From positions 34,692 to 98,691 of IMG/VR virus record IMGVR_UViG_3300028048_000053: a stretch of DNA of 64,000 nucleotides; one strand, given 5' to 3'. The notes below the pieces were generated by a model. The model did no database searches. It worked only from the letters and a program-made list of their open reading frames with translations, and was not told the origin of the DNA. Within the stretch, counting starts at the first letter, position 1, and the number at the start of each line of letters is the position of its first letter. Source of the DNA: a virus. Below are positions 9,508 through 17,454 of this stretch, piece after piece. The translations under genes were made by a program, and so were the position numbers.

Positions 9508-9637
9508 CTCTTTATATGGGGAACTAGGCAAATCGGTAAAGCCGCGTTATAGACGATGTCTAGTCCAAGACAGTGACAGCAATTTTTCCTTTGCATGTAG
9601 GAGCACGTGTTTGCTGGTTCGAGTCCACCGTTCCCCA
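9508..9637 (+). tRNA. tRNA-like element with a roughly 55-nt insertion between the D-arm and T-arm
   Basis: 5-prime GGGGAAC-TA-GGC..GCC D-arm at 9508 pairs with 3-prime GTTCCCC after a TTCGAGT T-arm at 9615-9637; the intervening sequence forms hairpins. Confidence 0.25.
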
Positions 9638-10290
9638 TCAGGGTTGTCCCGAATAATCCCTATCGTCAATTTAAAAGGACAATAGAATTGACACCCCCTA
9701 ACCAATATTTTTTCAATTCACAGTCGTCTGTAAATAACTTGCGACTGCAGAAGAACTCTTAGGGTTGTTCTCAACGAAACATAGTTTATTGGTATAAGAT
9801 TGAGCGTGGTCCCAACACGAAAAGTAGGGATACTGTGGATAGTGATTATTGATTTGATGCTGCGATTAGGGCAGTTTATTGTATACTAGAAATTACAGTC
9901 TTGAAGCCAGACGCACACTCCACCTCTTGTGCGGCCTAATAAATTTGGCGAATAGATTGGGATTGAGTATCCAAAAGAATATGTGATAGGCTGAGGAGAG
10001 GTTAATACCTTGCGGCGAGGCTCATGGGCAACTGTGGTTAGCGACATGGGGTGTAAGCTGAACATATATTACTTGAGGATGCTTAATTTTTTCTCTAATG
10101 TGGCCTGGCCGCAGTCAGACACCTCAATCGTCTCGCCAAAACAAAGTTGACTTTTCAAAATTTTTTTGTTATTATATAGATAAAGATAGAAAAAATCTAT
10201 CTAATTTATATTAGTAAAGGAGAAAACATATGGCTGATGATGCTCCTATATGGAAGATGGCTATGATTTTTTCAGCCATCTTCCTCTCTG

Positions 10291-10335
10291 ATTGATTTTT
10301 ATAAAAAATTATTATATAATAATTATAGAAAAATA
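10291..10335 (+). promoter_or_regulatory. promoter-like repeat copy upstream of the tRNA-Thr/Pro/Gln cluster
   Basis: consensus repeat. Confidence 0.5.
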
Positions 10336-10401
10336 AAGAAGGCGTTTTCAGCAAATATATAAACTTAGCTATTGGGTTATATATAGACGCCTTGTAGAAA
10401 T

Positions 10402-10476
10402 GCTGGTGTAGCTCAGCGGCAGAGCACGCGCCTTGTAAGCGCGGGGTCGAGATCTCGGAATTCTCCACCAGCCCCA
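10402..10476 (+). tRNA. tRNA-Thr(TGT), divergent T-arm, CCA encoded
   Basis: Acceptor GCTGGTG/CACCAGC, anticodon stem CGCGC/GCGCG, loop CTTGTAA; the T region GAGATCTCGGAATTCTC is non-canonical. Confidence 0.65.
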
Positions 10477-10720
10477 TATCACAGCCCTCTTAGCGTGTGT
10501 AAGACCAATAGGATAGAAGCTGGCCGGATATATCAGATTCCGTTTGTAATGCAGGGCCACGGGTGAAGCGGTTGTGATTTTTATACAGATAAAGACTCAT
10601 ACAGCAAATTTATAATATAAAATAAATGTCATTGGTTCGATTCCAATTTTAACAGCTTTTTGTTAAATAGCTCAATCTGGTAGAGCATTATTGTTTATTG
10701 AAAGAGTCTTGATTATATTT

Positions 10721-10796
10721 CGGGGTGTGGCTCAGTTGGTAGAGCGCGTGGTTTGGGACCATGAGGCCGTGAGTTCGAATCTCACCACTCCGACCA
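10721..10796 (+). tRNA. tRNA-Pro(TGG), CCA encoded
   Basis: Acceptor CGGGGTG/CACTCCG, loop TTTGGGA, T-arm GTGAGTTCGAATCTCAC. Confidence 0.85.
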
Positions 10797-10861
10797 CTTT
10801 TTAGACACACACAGCCAATTAAAAAGACTTAAAATCTTTCTATTTAGTGTCTAGTAGATTT

Positions 10862-10935
10862 AGGGGATTAGCGTAATGGTAGCGCGGTGGGCTTTGAACC
10901 CATACGTGGAAGTTCGATCCTTCCATCCCCTGCCA
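10862..10935 (+). tRNA. tRNA-Gln(TTG), CCA encoded
   Basis: Acceptor AGGGGAT/ATCCCCT, loop CTTTGAA, T-arm GGAAGTTCGATCCTTCC. Confidence 0.85.
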
Positions 10936-10938
10936 TAT

Positions 10939-11012
10939 ACCGACTTCGTATAGTGGTAGTACAACGGACTCTGACTCCGTTGGTGGTGGTTCAATTCCAT
11001 CAGCCGGTGCCA
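10939..11012 (+). tRNA. tRNA-Gln(CTG), CCA encoded
   Basis: Anticodon stem ACGGA/TCCGT, loop CTCTGAC, T-arm GGTGGTTCAATTCCATC; one A.C mismatch in the acceptor stem. Confidence 0.75.
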
Positions 11013-11223
11013 AGTTTAATAGAGGTATTCAGGTTGGAAATCTGATATAAATCCTCTAAATATATAACCGATAGGATGTAGGCTTAAAAGCAGCCATCAT
11101 TTAAAGAGTAGGTAATTTCCGCGGCGTTATCTTTTAGCGTAGCAGCACACTATCGACCCGGAGAAGGGGACAACGGGTATATAAATTTCCCTTTCTTATT
11201 TTATGTGAAAAAGGTGAATAAAA

Positions 11224-11571
11224 ATGTTTGATGCTCCGACACTTGATAAGTACGATTTTTATTTTTCCAAGGACAAGCAAAAGGTGATTGCGGTTTCTAC
11301 ATATGCTGGTCGTCCTGTTCGCGGGGTGGCTATTTGCAGTCCAGAAGATACCTACGATGTCTGGTCTGGTAAGGTGCTTGCGGCCGCCCGTTGTAACCAG
11401 AAGGTAGCTGAAAAGCGTCTAAAGCGAGCTGAAAAGAAGCTGCGCGAAGCTACGGCTGCATTTGCCCAGGCACAGAAGTATATGCTCGAGATGAATGACT
11501 ACTATGAAGATGCACGCCGCAGTAACTTCGATGCCAAAAAGCAGGTCAAAAATCTTTTGAATGAAATGTAA
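11224..11571 (+). CDS. hypothetical protein
   Basis: ORF track 115 aa; RBS AAAAAGGTGA. Confidence 0.6.
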   Translation: MFDAPTLDKYDFYFSKDKQKVIAVSTYAGRPVRGVAICSPEDTYDVWSGKVLAAARCNQKVAEKRLKRAEKKLREATAAFAQAQKYMLEMNDYYEDARRSNFDAKKQVKNLLNEM

Positions 11572-11597
11572 TCGTCAGGTAAAAGGAGGAAGTTAAT

Positions 11598-12395
11598 ATG
11601 AAAGATGCTCTTGGCGATCGCATGAAAGGTTTTTATGAAGATCGCTATCGTATCTATCTAACGAGACGAATGCCTGTTATTATCCGCGTTGATGGCAACG
11701 CTTTCCACACTTTTACACGCGGACTTGATAGACCGTTTGACGCAGATTTTATGAAAATTATGCAGAAAACTTGTCTATCTCTTTGCCAGAATATCCAAGG
11801 CTGCGTTGGTGGATATGTCCAGAGCGACGAGATTTCTCTCCTTTTGGTTGATTATCAGACCCTTGAATCTGATGCATGGTTCGATTATAACCTCCAGAAG
11901 ATTACTTCACTTGCGGCCGCCCGTGCCACGATGACTTTTAATGCGCTTGTTAGAGAATTGGTCAATAGATATATCCGTAAAGTAAGCAATGATCCTGACA
12001 TGGACGCAAGAAGATTAAACCTTTGGAGCGAAAAGCAGAATCGTGCTATGTTCGATGCTCGTGCCTTCAACATTCCCAAAGAAGAAGTATGCAACTACTT
12101 CATCTGGCGTCAAAAAGATGCCACTCGCAACAGTATTCAGGCCGCTGGCCAGGCACAATTCTCTCATAAAGAGCTTGAAGGTAAATCTCAGTCTGATATT
12201 CAGGAAATGCTGTTCCAGAAGGGGATTAATTGGAACAATTACACTATCCCCGAAAAGCGCGGCTCTTTTGTGCGAAGATATTTAGAAACTATTGGACAGG
12301 AAGATGGGACACTTACTGTGCGTCGTCCTTGGTGCATTGATGATGAAATGCCTATTCTCACCGAAGATAGAGGCTATATCGAAGAACTTATTTGA
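11598..12395 (+). CDS. Thg1-like protein (tRNA-His guanylyltransferase / 3-5 polymerase family)
   Basis: N-terminal RVDGNAFHTF...PFD motif typical of the Thg1/TLP family; 265 aa; RBS AAAGGAGG. Confidence 0.6.
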   Translation: MKDALGDRMKGFYEDRYRIYLTRRMPVIIRVDGNAFHTFTRGLDRPFDADFMKIMQKTCLSLCQNIQGCVGGYVQSDEISLLLVDYQTLESDAWFDYNLQKITSLAAARATMTFNALVRELVNRYIRKVSNDPDMDARRLNLWSEKQNRAMFDARAFNIPKEEVCNYFIWRQKDATRNSIQAAGQAQFSHKELEGKSQSDIQEMLFQKGINWNNYTIPEKRGSFVRRYLETIGQEDGTLTVRRPWCIDDEMPILTEDRGYIEELI

Positions 12396-12430
12396 AAAAT
12401 TATAAAAAATATTATATAATATATATAGAA
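12393..12430 (+). promoter_or_regulatory. promoter-like repeat copy
   Basis: consensus repeat. Confidence 0.5.
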
Positions 12431-12451
12431 AATGAGAAAGGAAATATTGAT

Positions 12452-12709
12452 ATGAAATATGTCTGTTTCTCTGGTGGAAATGGTTACTGCGGCTGCGACT
12501 ATGAAGATTATGTCGCCATTGCAGACGATACTCCGGAAAGTTGGATAGAACAAATGTCCGTGGAGCGAGCATACGAAAACGCTGAGTCTTATGCTCACGT
12601 TGCTTTGGACGATGATTTCACAGCGGAAGAAGAGCAAGAATATTATGACAACCTCGATTTTGATTGGCACTATGTAACCGAAGAAATCTATTTAGAAAAT
12701 ACAAACTAA
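12452..12709 (+). CDS. small acidic Cys-rich protein
   Basis: ATG 12452 after GAAAGGAAA RBS; the ORF-track extension covers the promoter. Confidence 0.55.
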   Translation: MKYVCFSGGNGYCGCDYEDYVAIADDTPESWIEQMSVERAYENAESYAHVALDDDFTAEEEQEYYDNLDFDWHYVTEEIYLENTN

Positions 12710-12755
12710 TTTGAAAATTTTAAAAAAATATTATATAATATATATGTAAGATAAA
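12710..12755 (+). promoter_or_regulatory. promoter-like repeat copy upstream of the suppressor tRNA cluster
   Basis: consensus repeat. Confidence 0.5.
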
Positions 12756-12868
12756 GAAAGACACAAACAGCAATTTTCAAGGATTTAATTTCAAGGATTT
12801 AGTTTCTGATTAAAAAATTACCTAATAGTGTCTTGTTTGGATAATGGGGGTTGGAGTAACGGTTATGT

Positions 12869-12962
12869 GGCGGGTTCGTTTAACGGTAAGACAGCTGACT
12901 CTAAATCAGTCCATAGCCCCCTGAAGGAGCTTATGAAGGTTCGAATCCTTCACCCGCTGCCA
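12869..12962 (+). tRNA. amber suppressor tRNA, anticodon CTA, type II (long variable arm), discriminator G, CCA encoded
   Basis: Acceptor GGCGGGT/ACCCGCT, D-stem GTTT/AGAC, anticodon stem GCTGA/TCAGT, loop CTCTAAA (U33 and A37 present), 24-nt variable arm, T-arm GAAGGTTCGAATCCTTC. Confidence 0.75.
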
Positions 12963-13017
12963 AAGTCAAAGTTTACTGGAGTTCGTCGTGACTATAACCC
13001 TAAACCAGTAGTCCTAT

Positions 13018-13600
13018 GCGGGTATGGTGGAATGGTAGACACGGCGGACTTTTGTCCCAAGTACAAGGACATGAGCACTAGGATAGGAAACTTCCTAAGT
13101 GAATGTTGGCTAATTCGGCGAAAGTCTCAAGCAGATAACGCCGAGCTAAATTGAATATAGGTGCAACAAAGCTGAAATACAGAGAGGTCGCCTGTAGGTC
13201 TATGGCAGTTGAATAAGCAACTCCGCTTGTATGTATTAAGATTGAGCAGTAGTTGTTAAATGGAGTTAGATGAACAGCCTATACTCATAAATGTGTAGAG
13301 ACTATATACCAACTACCTAAGTCAAACGAGTTAGTAAGGAAACGGCACATTGAGTGGGAGCGTTTGATATGGTAAAGACATAGTCCAGACTACAACTTAA
13401 TAATAAAGCAGGTGCTACGAAGCCATTGACGTAAGTCCTTGTGGAGACTATCGTGGAACTCGAAAGAGCGGAAAGAGAAGCTGTAGTAAATGGAGTTAGA
13501 TGAACAGCCTGCTTTTATGTATTAAGGCTATGGTGACATAGAGTAGTAAGAAAATCCTCTGAGCTGAGCTCGTGCCGGTTCGAGTCCGGCTACCCGCACC
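13018..13600 (+). tRNA. tRNA-Leu(TAA) interrupted by a group I intron in the anticodon loop (exons 13018-13051 and 13550-13600)
   Basis: 5-prime half GCGGGTA-TG-GTG..CAC-G-GCGGA-CTT, 3-prime half AAAA-TCCTC-TGAGCTGAGCTCG-GCCGGTTCGAGTCCGGC-TACCCGC-A-CCA. The spliced loop is CTTAAAA. Confidence 0.75.
13052..13549 (+). ncRNA. group I intron (498 nt, no ORF) within tRNA-Leu(TAA)
   Basis: Inserted after U34 as in the classical tRNA-Leu(UAA) intron; exon ends in U, intron ends in G. R-like element TAGAGACTATA near 13296, S-like ACATAGTCC near 13378, internal 24-nt direct repeat. Confidence 0.7.
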
Positions 13601-13758
13601 ACGTAAGAGCCATACAGCAAAATTTTATTTACAAGATATTTTTTATAGAATTTTGATAAGGATAGTCCAGAGATAGGCTCTTGTAATTAAAAAATCTCTG
13701 GCTGTAAAAGGGAAGTTAGAAATTTGAATAATATTTCTAATTTCCCTATTTTTTATTT

Positions 13759-13835
13759 GCGCCAGTAGCTCAACAGGACAGAGCACGAGATTTCTAATCT
13801 TGGTGTTGAGGGTTCAAGTCCTTCCTGGCGTGCCA
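13759..13835 (+). tRNA. tRNA-Arg(TCT), CCA encoded
   Basis: Acceptor GCGCCAG/CTGGCGT, anticodon stem CGAGA/TCTTG, loop TTTCTAA, T-arm GAGGGTTCAAGTCCTTC. Confidence 0.8.
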
Positions 13836-13957
13836 ATTAGCATAAGAAGCTAGAGCGCAAGACCTCGGCGTTTTACCCGATAGTTGACGCGGCTGGCCAG
13901 GACGCCAAAAGAAGATGTAACAGTAGAGACCACACTTGCCTTTCTTATGCTTTATAT

Positions 13958-14033
13958 GCGCCCGTGGTGTAACGGTAACACAGCGGACTTTTAATCCGTC
14001 AGAGCGTGGGTTCGAATCCCACCGGGCGCACCA
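13958..14033 (+). tRNA. tRNA-Lys(TTT), CCA encoded
   Basis: Acceptor GCGCCCG/CGGGCGC, anticodon stem GCGGA/TCCGT, loop CTTTTAA, T-arm GTGGGTTCGAATCCCAC. Confidence 0.85.
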
Positions 14034-14036
14034 TCT

Positions 14037-14112
14037 GTCGAGGTACTCAAGTCTGGTTTAAGAGGCGGGTCTGCAAAATCCGTATTCGTGGGTCCGAATC
14101 CCACCCTCGACT
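14037..14112 (+). tRNA. tRNA-Cys(GCA), no CCA
   Basis: Acceptor GTCGAGG/CCTCGAC, anticodon stem CGGGT/ATCCG, loop CTGCAAA, T-arm GTGGGTCCGAATCCCAC. Confidence 0.8.
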
Positions 14113-14186
14113 CGGTATCTTATAGGAGCCTTCTCGTGGCGATACTGTTTTAACTAATCCTATAATAATAGAGAGGAGCTGTTTTT

Positions 14187-14837
14187 ATGGCATACATCTA
14201 TTTAATCACAAACAAAACTAATTAGAAACAATATGTAGGAAAAACCCAAAATAGTATAGAATAGCGGTGGAAAGAACACTGTCGAGATTATAAAAAGGAG
14301 CATAACGAAAAACGTCCATTGTATGCGGCTATGCGTAAGTATGGTATTGAAAATTTTGAAATTTCATTAATTGAAGAAGTTTCTCCTGAGTAGAACCTTG
14401 AAGAGCGTGAAATTTACTGGATAGACTATTATCAAACTTATAACAAGGGCTATAATGCTACTATTGGAGGAGACGGTAAATCTTTTTTGCCATATAAAAC
14501 TATACTAGAGTTATGGAATCAAGGACTAAATTGTAAACAAATTGGAGAACAGCTACATTGCGATGCCGGGTGGATTGGTGTGATTTTAAAAAGTCATAAT
14601 GTCTCCCCCCAAGAAATTTAGAATAAGTCCTTTGTTGATAAGAAAATTCGAGTTTGTCAAATAGATAAAAAAACAAATTAGATTATAGCAATTTTTCCAT
14701 CCTATAGAAGTGCCGCTCAAGCAATGCTTGATAAAAAATTAACAAATTGTAAAGTTGGTACTGGAGCTGCTCATATAGGAGAAGTTTGCTCAAACAAAAG
14801 AAAGACCTTTGCAGGCTTTAAATGGAAAAAGGCTTAA
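14187..14837 (+). CDS. GIY-YIG homing endonuclease (reads through 5 in-frame TAG)
   Basis: AYIYLITNKTN-TAG-KQYVGKT...RWKEH GIY-YIG motif plus a C-terminal NUMOD-like region; continuous frame from ATG 14187 to TAA 14835-14837. Confidence 0.75.
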
Positions 14838-14902
14838 AAAACGGCCTATTTAATCAAATTACGGTCTTGAAACAAGACTAAGAGAAAAAGGAGATTTAAA
14901 AT

Positions 14903-15346
14903 ATGAACAAGTTTATGAACGGCCTCAAGAATGAGTCCAACTACACCTATACTGAGAACGGCGCCTTGACTTACAAGTCTACCCTCAACGGTCTGCTCGA
15001 CCTGTTCGCTCTCGGTGGTGCGTATCGTACCCGTACCGATGCCGATGTCATCAATCTCTTTAAGAAAGCCTTTGAAGAGAATGAAACTTATGCTCTCAAG
15101 TGTCTTTTTTATCTCCGTGATATTAGAGGCGGACAGGGAGAGCGTAGATTTTTTCGTGTGGTTATTAAGTGGCTTGCTAATAATCATCCGGACGTTATAC
15201 GACGTAATCTAAAATATATTCCAGAGTATGGTCGATATGACGATTTATATATTTTTATAGACACCCCTGTTGAAGAGGATATGTGGAATTTTTTGTGCCA
15301 TGAAATAGCTGAAGGAATTAAAATTATCGAAAGCATTAAAGAATAA
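14903..15346 (+). CDS. N-terminal part of a split DUF2828/vWA-like gene (TENGA motif)
   Basis: 147 aa, NxxYTYTENGALTYKST motif. The vWA-containing C-terminal part resumes at 16240 after an inserted HTH plus GIY-YIG cassette. Confidence 0.55.
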   Translation: MNKFMNGLKNESNYTYTENGALTYKSTLNGLLDLFALGGAYRTRTDADVINLFKKAFEENETYALKCLFYLRDIRGGQGERRFFRVVIKWLANNHPDVIRRNLKYIPEYGRYDDLYIFIDTPVEEDMWNFLCHEIAEGIKIIESIKE

Positions 15347-15409
15347 TTCTTGGACAGTTTTAAACAAAATGTTTAATCAAAATTTTATATACAGTAGGAG
15401 GATGACAAC

Positions 15410-15589
15410 ATGACTCTTCAAGAAGTGTGTAAAATTTTGGGAAAGAGTGAAAAAACTCTAATTTATAGTTTTAAAAGAACCTAGTTAAACCTTGCTAAAA
15501 AAGGTATCATCCTTCTAAAAACTGGTGTAGGCAAAAATGCCGACTATCAAATAACCTATGAGGAGAATGATACAAATGAAAAAGGATAA
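15410..15589 (+). CDS. small HTH-like protein, leader of a mobile endonuclease cassette (one in-frame TAG at codon 25)
   Basis: MTLQEVCKILGKSEKTLIYSFKRT-TAG-LNLAKKGII; its paralog at 35500 has a TAG at the identical codon. Confidence 0.5.
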
Positions 15590-16235
15590 TACAATATTCA
15601 AAGTATATATTCATAAATTGAAAATAGATGGAAGAGTCTATGTTGGATAGACGAGTTCATCTATGGAAGAGCGCGCTGGCAGTAACGGATATAGATATAA
15701 ACATTGCACCAAATTTTGGCACGCGATTTAGAAATATGGGTGGGAGTCTTTTGAGCATATATTAATTAAGGATGGATTAACTTTAGACGAAGCAAATCAG
15801 TTAGAAGATGAACTGATATTAAAATATAATAGCATTGAAAATGGATTTAATATTAATCGCGGTGGACTAAATCATCTTTGGACAGATGAATAGCGAAAAA
15901 TAATGTCCGAAAGAAATATGGGAGAAAAAAATCCCAATTACGGGAAACCGCGTTCCGAAGAGACCAAGAAAAAAATAGGAGCTGCAAATGCAGTTGCTCA
16001 ACTGGGAAAGCATCACTCTGAAGAAACCAAAAAGAAAATGAGCAAATCTCATCGTAAGCAAGAACCTATTTTATGTGTCGAAACGGGAAATATTTATAAC
16101 GATGCGATAGAAGCCGCAGAATCCATTGGTAAAAAAGCTTCTGCAGCGAATCATATTAGAGAAGTTTGCGATGGTAAGAGATTGTCGGCTTATTCATATA
16201 CATGGAAATATCTTGACAAAGATAAAGGAGAATAA
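15576..16235 (+). CDS. GIY-YIG homing endonuclease (3 in-frame TAG, one at the YVG-Q-T motif position)
   Basis: VYIHKL..GRVYVG-TAG-TS ... AI-TAG-KYGWESFEH; C-terminal NUMOD-like repeats; ends TAA 16233-16235. Confidence 0.7.
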
Positions 16236-16239
16236 AAAA

Positions 16240-17355
16240 ATGAAACTTAATAGTGGCTTAATTTTTAAATGGCTCAAATCCGAAAACACTTCCTCGAAAG
16301 AGTCACGACACCTTGGAAAATTAACTCGTCAACATCTTGGAATGACATCGCGCCAATATAGAAAAATGTTGAGTGAAGGCAGACGCAAAACAAAGGTGCT
16401 GGAACGTCTTATGTCTGCAAACGAATGGGATAAAATAGACTTTTCCAAAATTCCTTCTCGCGCCGGTATGATTTACAAGAACGCGTTCGCGCGTCACGAC
16501 CTCGAGCGTATGCGCCAGGGCGCCACCCAGTCCTACGAGGATTTCGTCAAGGACAAGAACACCAAGGTTAATGCCAAGGCTTTGTATCCGTTTGACGTAG
16601 TTAAGGAGGCTATGGCTTTCGGTCAATGGGGCGGATACTACGGCTATGGCCGCAAGTCTCAGGCCCTCGACAACACTGAGCGTCTGATGGTCAATAAGTA
16701 CTGGGAGAACCTTGAAGATGTGTTCAATGGATACAGCTACAACGGTATCTGCGTCTGTGACACCTCAGGAAGCATGTATGGTGACCCCCTTGCAGTAGCC
16801 ATCTCTATTGCGATGTATTGTGCCGAGCATAATACCGGAGACTTTGCTAATCATTTCTTCACCTTTAGTAATAATCCTACTTTTGTAGAGATTGAAGGGG
16901 TTGATTTTGTTGATAAGGTCAACCGCATTGCCAAGGCTGATTGGGGTGGCAGCACCAATATCGAAGCGGTGTTTGATAAGATGCTCGCTATCGCAAAGCA
17001 GAACCATCTGAGCCAGGATGATATTCCAAATATTATAATTGTTTCGGATATGGAATTTGATGACTGCGTTTGCGGCTATGGAGGAAATGGACGCTGGGGC
17101 CAAGGAAGAGAAGTTAATCAGACACTTTTTGAAACCATTGAAAAACATTGGAATGCAGCAGGGTATCGTCTTCCTTTGGTAACATTTTGGAATGTGCAAG
17201 CACGTCAAAATAATATTCCTATGCGATCTACAAAATATGTAAATTTTATTAGTGGAATGTCTCCGATGATTTTTGAACAAGTTATGAAAAATCTTACGGC
17301 GATAGATCTTGTAATGGATAAACTTAATAATAAACGTTATGAGTGTATTCATTAA
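16240..17355 (+). CDS. C-terminal part of a split DUF2828-like gene, von Willebrand A domain (DTSGSM MIDAS motif)
   Basis: ATG 16240 with RBS AAGGAGAA; 372 aa with ICVCDTSGSMYGDP; the ORF-track 5-prime extension overlaps the GIY-YIG gene. Confidence 0.6.
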   Translation: MKLNSGLIFKWLKSENTSSKESRHLGKLTRQHLGMTSRQYRKMLSEGRRKTKVLERLMSANEWDKIDFSKIPSRAGMIYKNAFARHDLERMRQGATQSYEDFVKDKNTKVNAKALYPFDVVKEAMAFGQWGGYYGYGRKSQALDNTERLMVNKYWENLEDVFNGYSYNGICVCDTSGSMYGDPLAVAISIAMYCAEHNTGDFANHFFTFSNNPTFVEIEGVDFVDKVNRIAKADWGGSTNIEAVFDKMLAIAKQNHLSQDDIPNIIIVSDMEFDDCVCGYGGNGRWGQGREVNQTLFETIEKHWNAAGYRLPLVTFWNVQARQNNIPMRSTKYVNFISGMSPMIFEQVMKNLTAIDLVMDKLNNKRYECIH

Positions 17356-17384
17356 TCATATCTAAAAAAATAATTAAATTTTCG

Positions 17385-17420
17385 GGCAAATTAAGTTAAA
17401 TAATTTGCCCGAAAATTTAT
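17385..17420 (+). terminator. hairpin terminator (GGGCAAATTAAGTTAAATAATTTGCCC)
   Basis: Perfect inverted repeat after the vWA gene followed by an A/T run. Confidence 0.5.
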
Positions 17421-17454
17421 ATATAATAGAAAAATAAAAAGGGGTTTTTAAGAT

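Noticed and set aside
10441-10470. AGATCT and GAATTC (BglII/EcoRI sites) plus the palindrome CGAGATCTCG inside the T-arm region of tRNA-Thr, resembling a cloning polylinker
   Set aside because: No other vector-like sequence is nearby and the rest of the tRNA is intact. It is most likely a coincidental divergent T-arm, but it is why the tRNA-Thr call gets reduced confidence.
14903-17355. Group I intron explanation for the split DUF2828/vWA gene
   Set aside because: Only 63 nt and 4 nt of non-ORF sequence flank the inserted HTH and GIY-YIG genes, which is too little for a ribozyme core. A split gene or adjacent genes is more likely than an intron.
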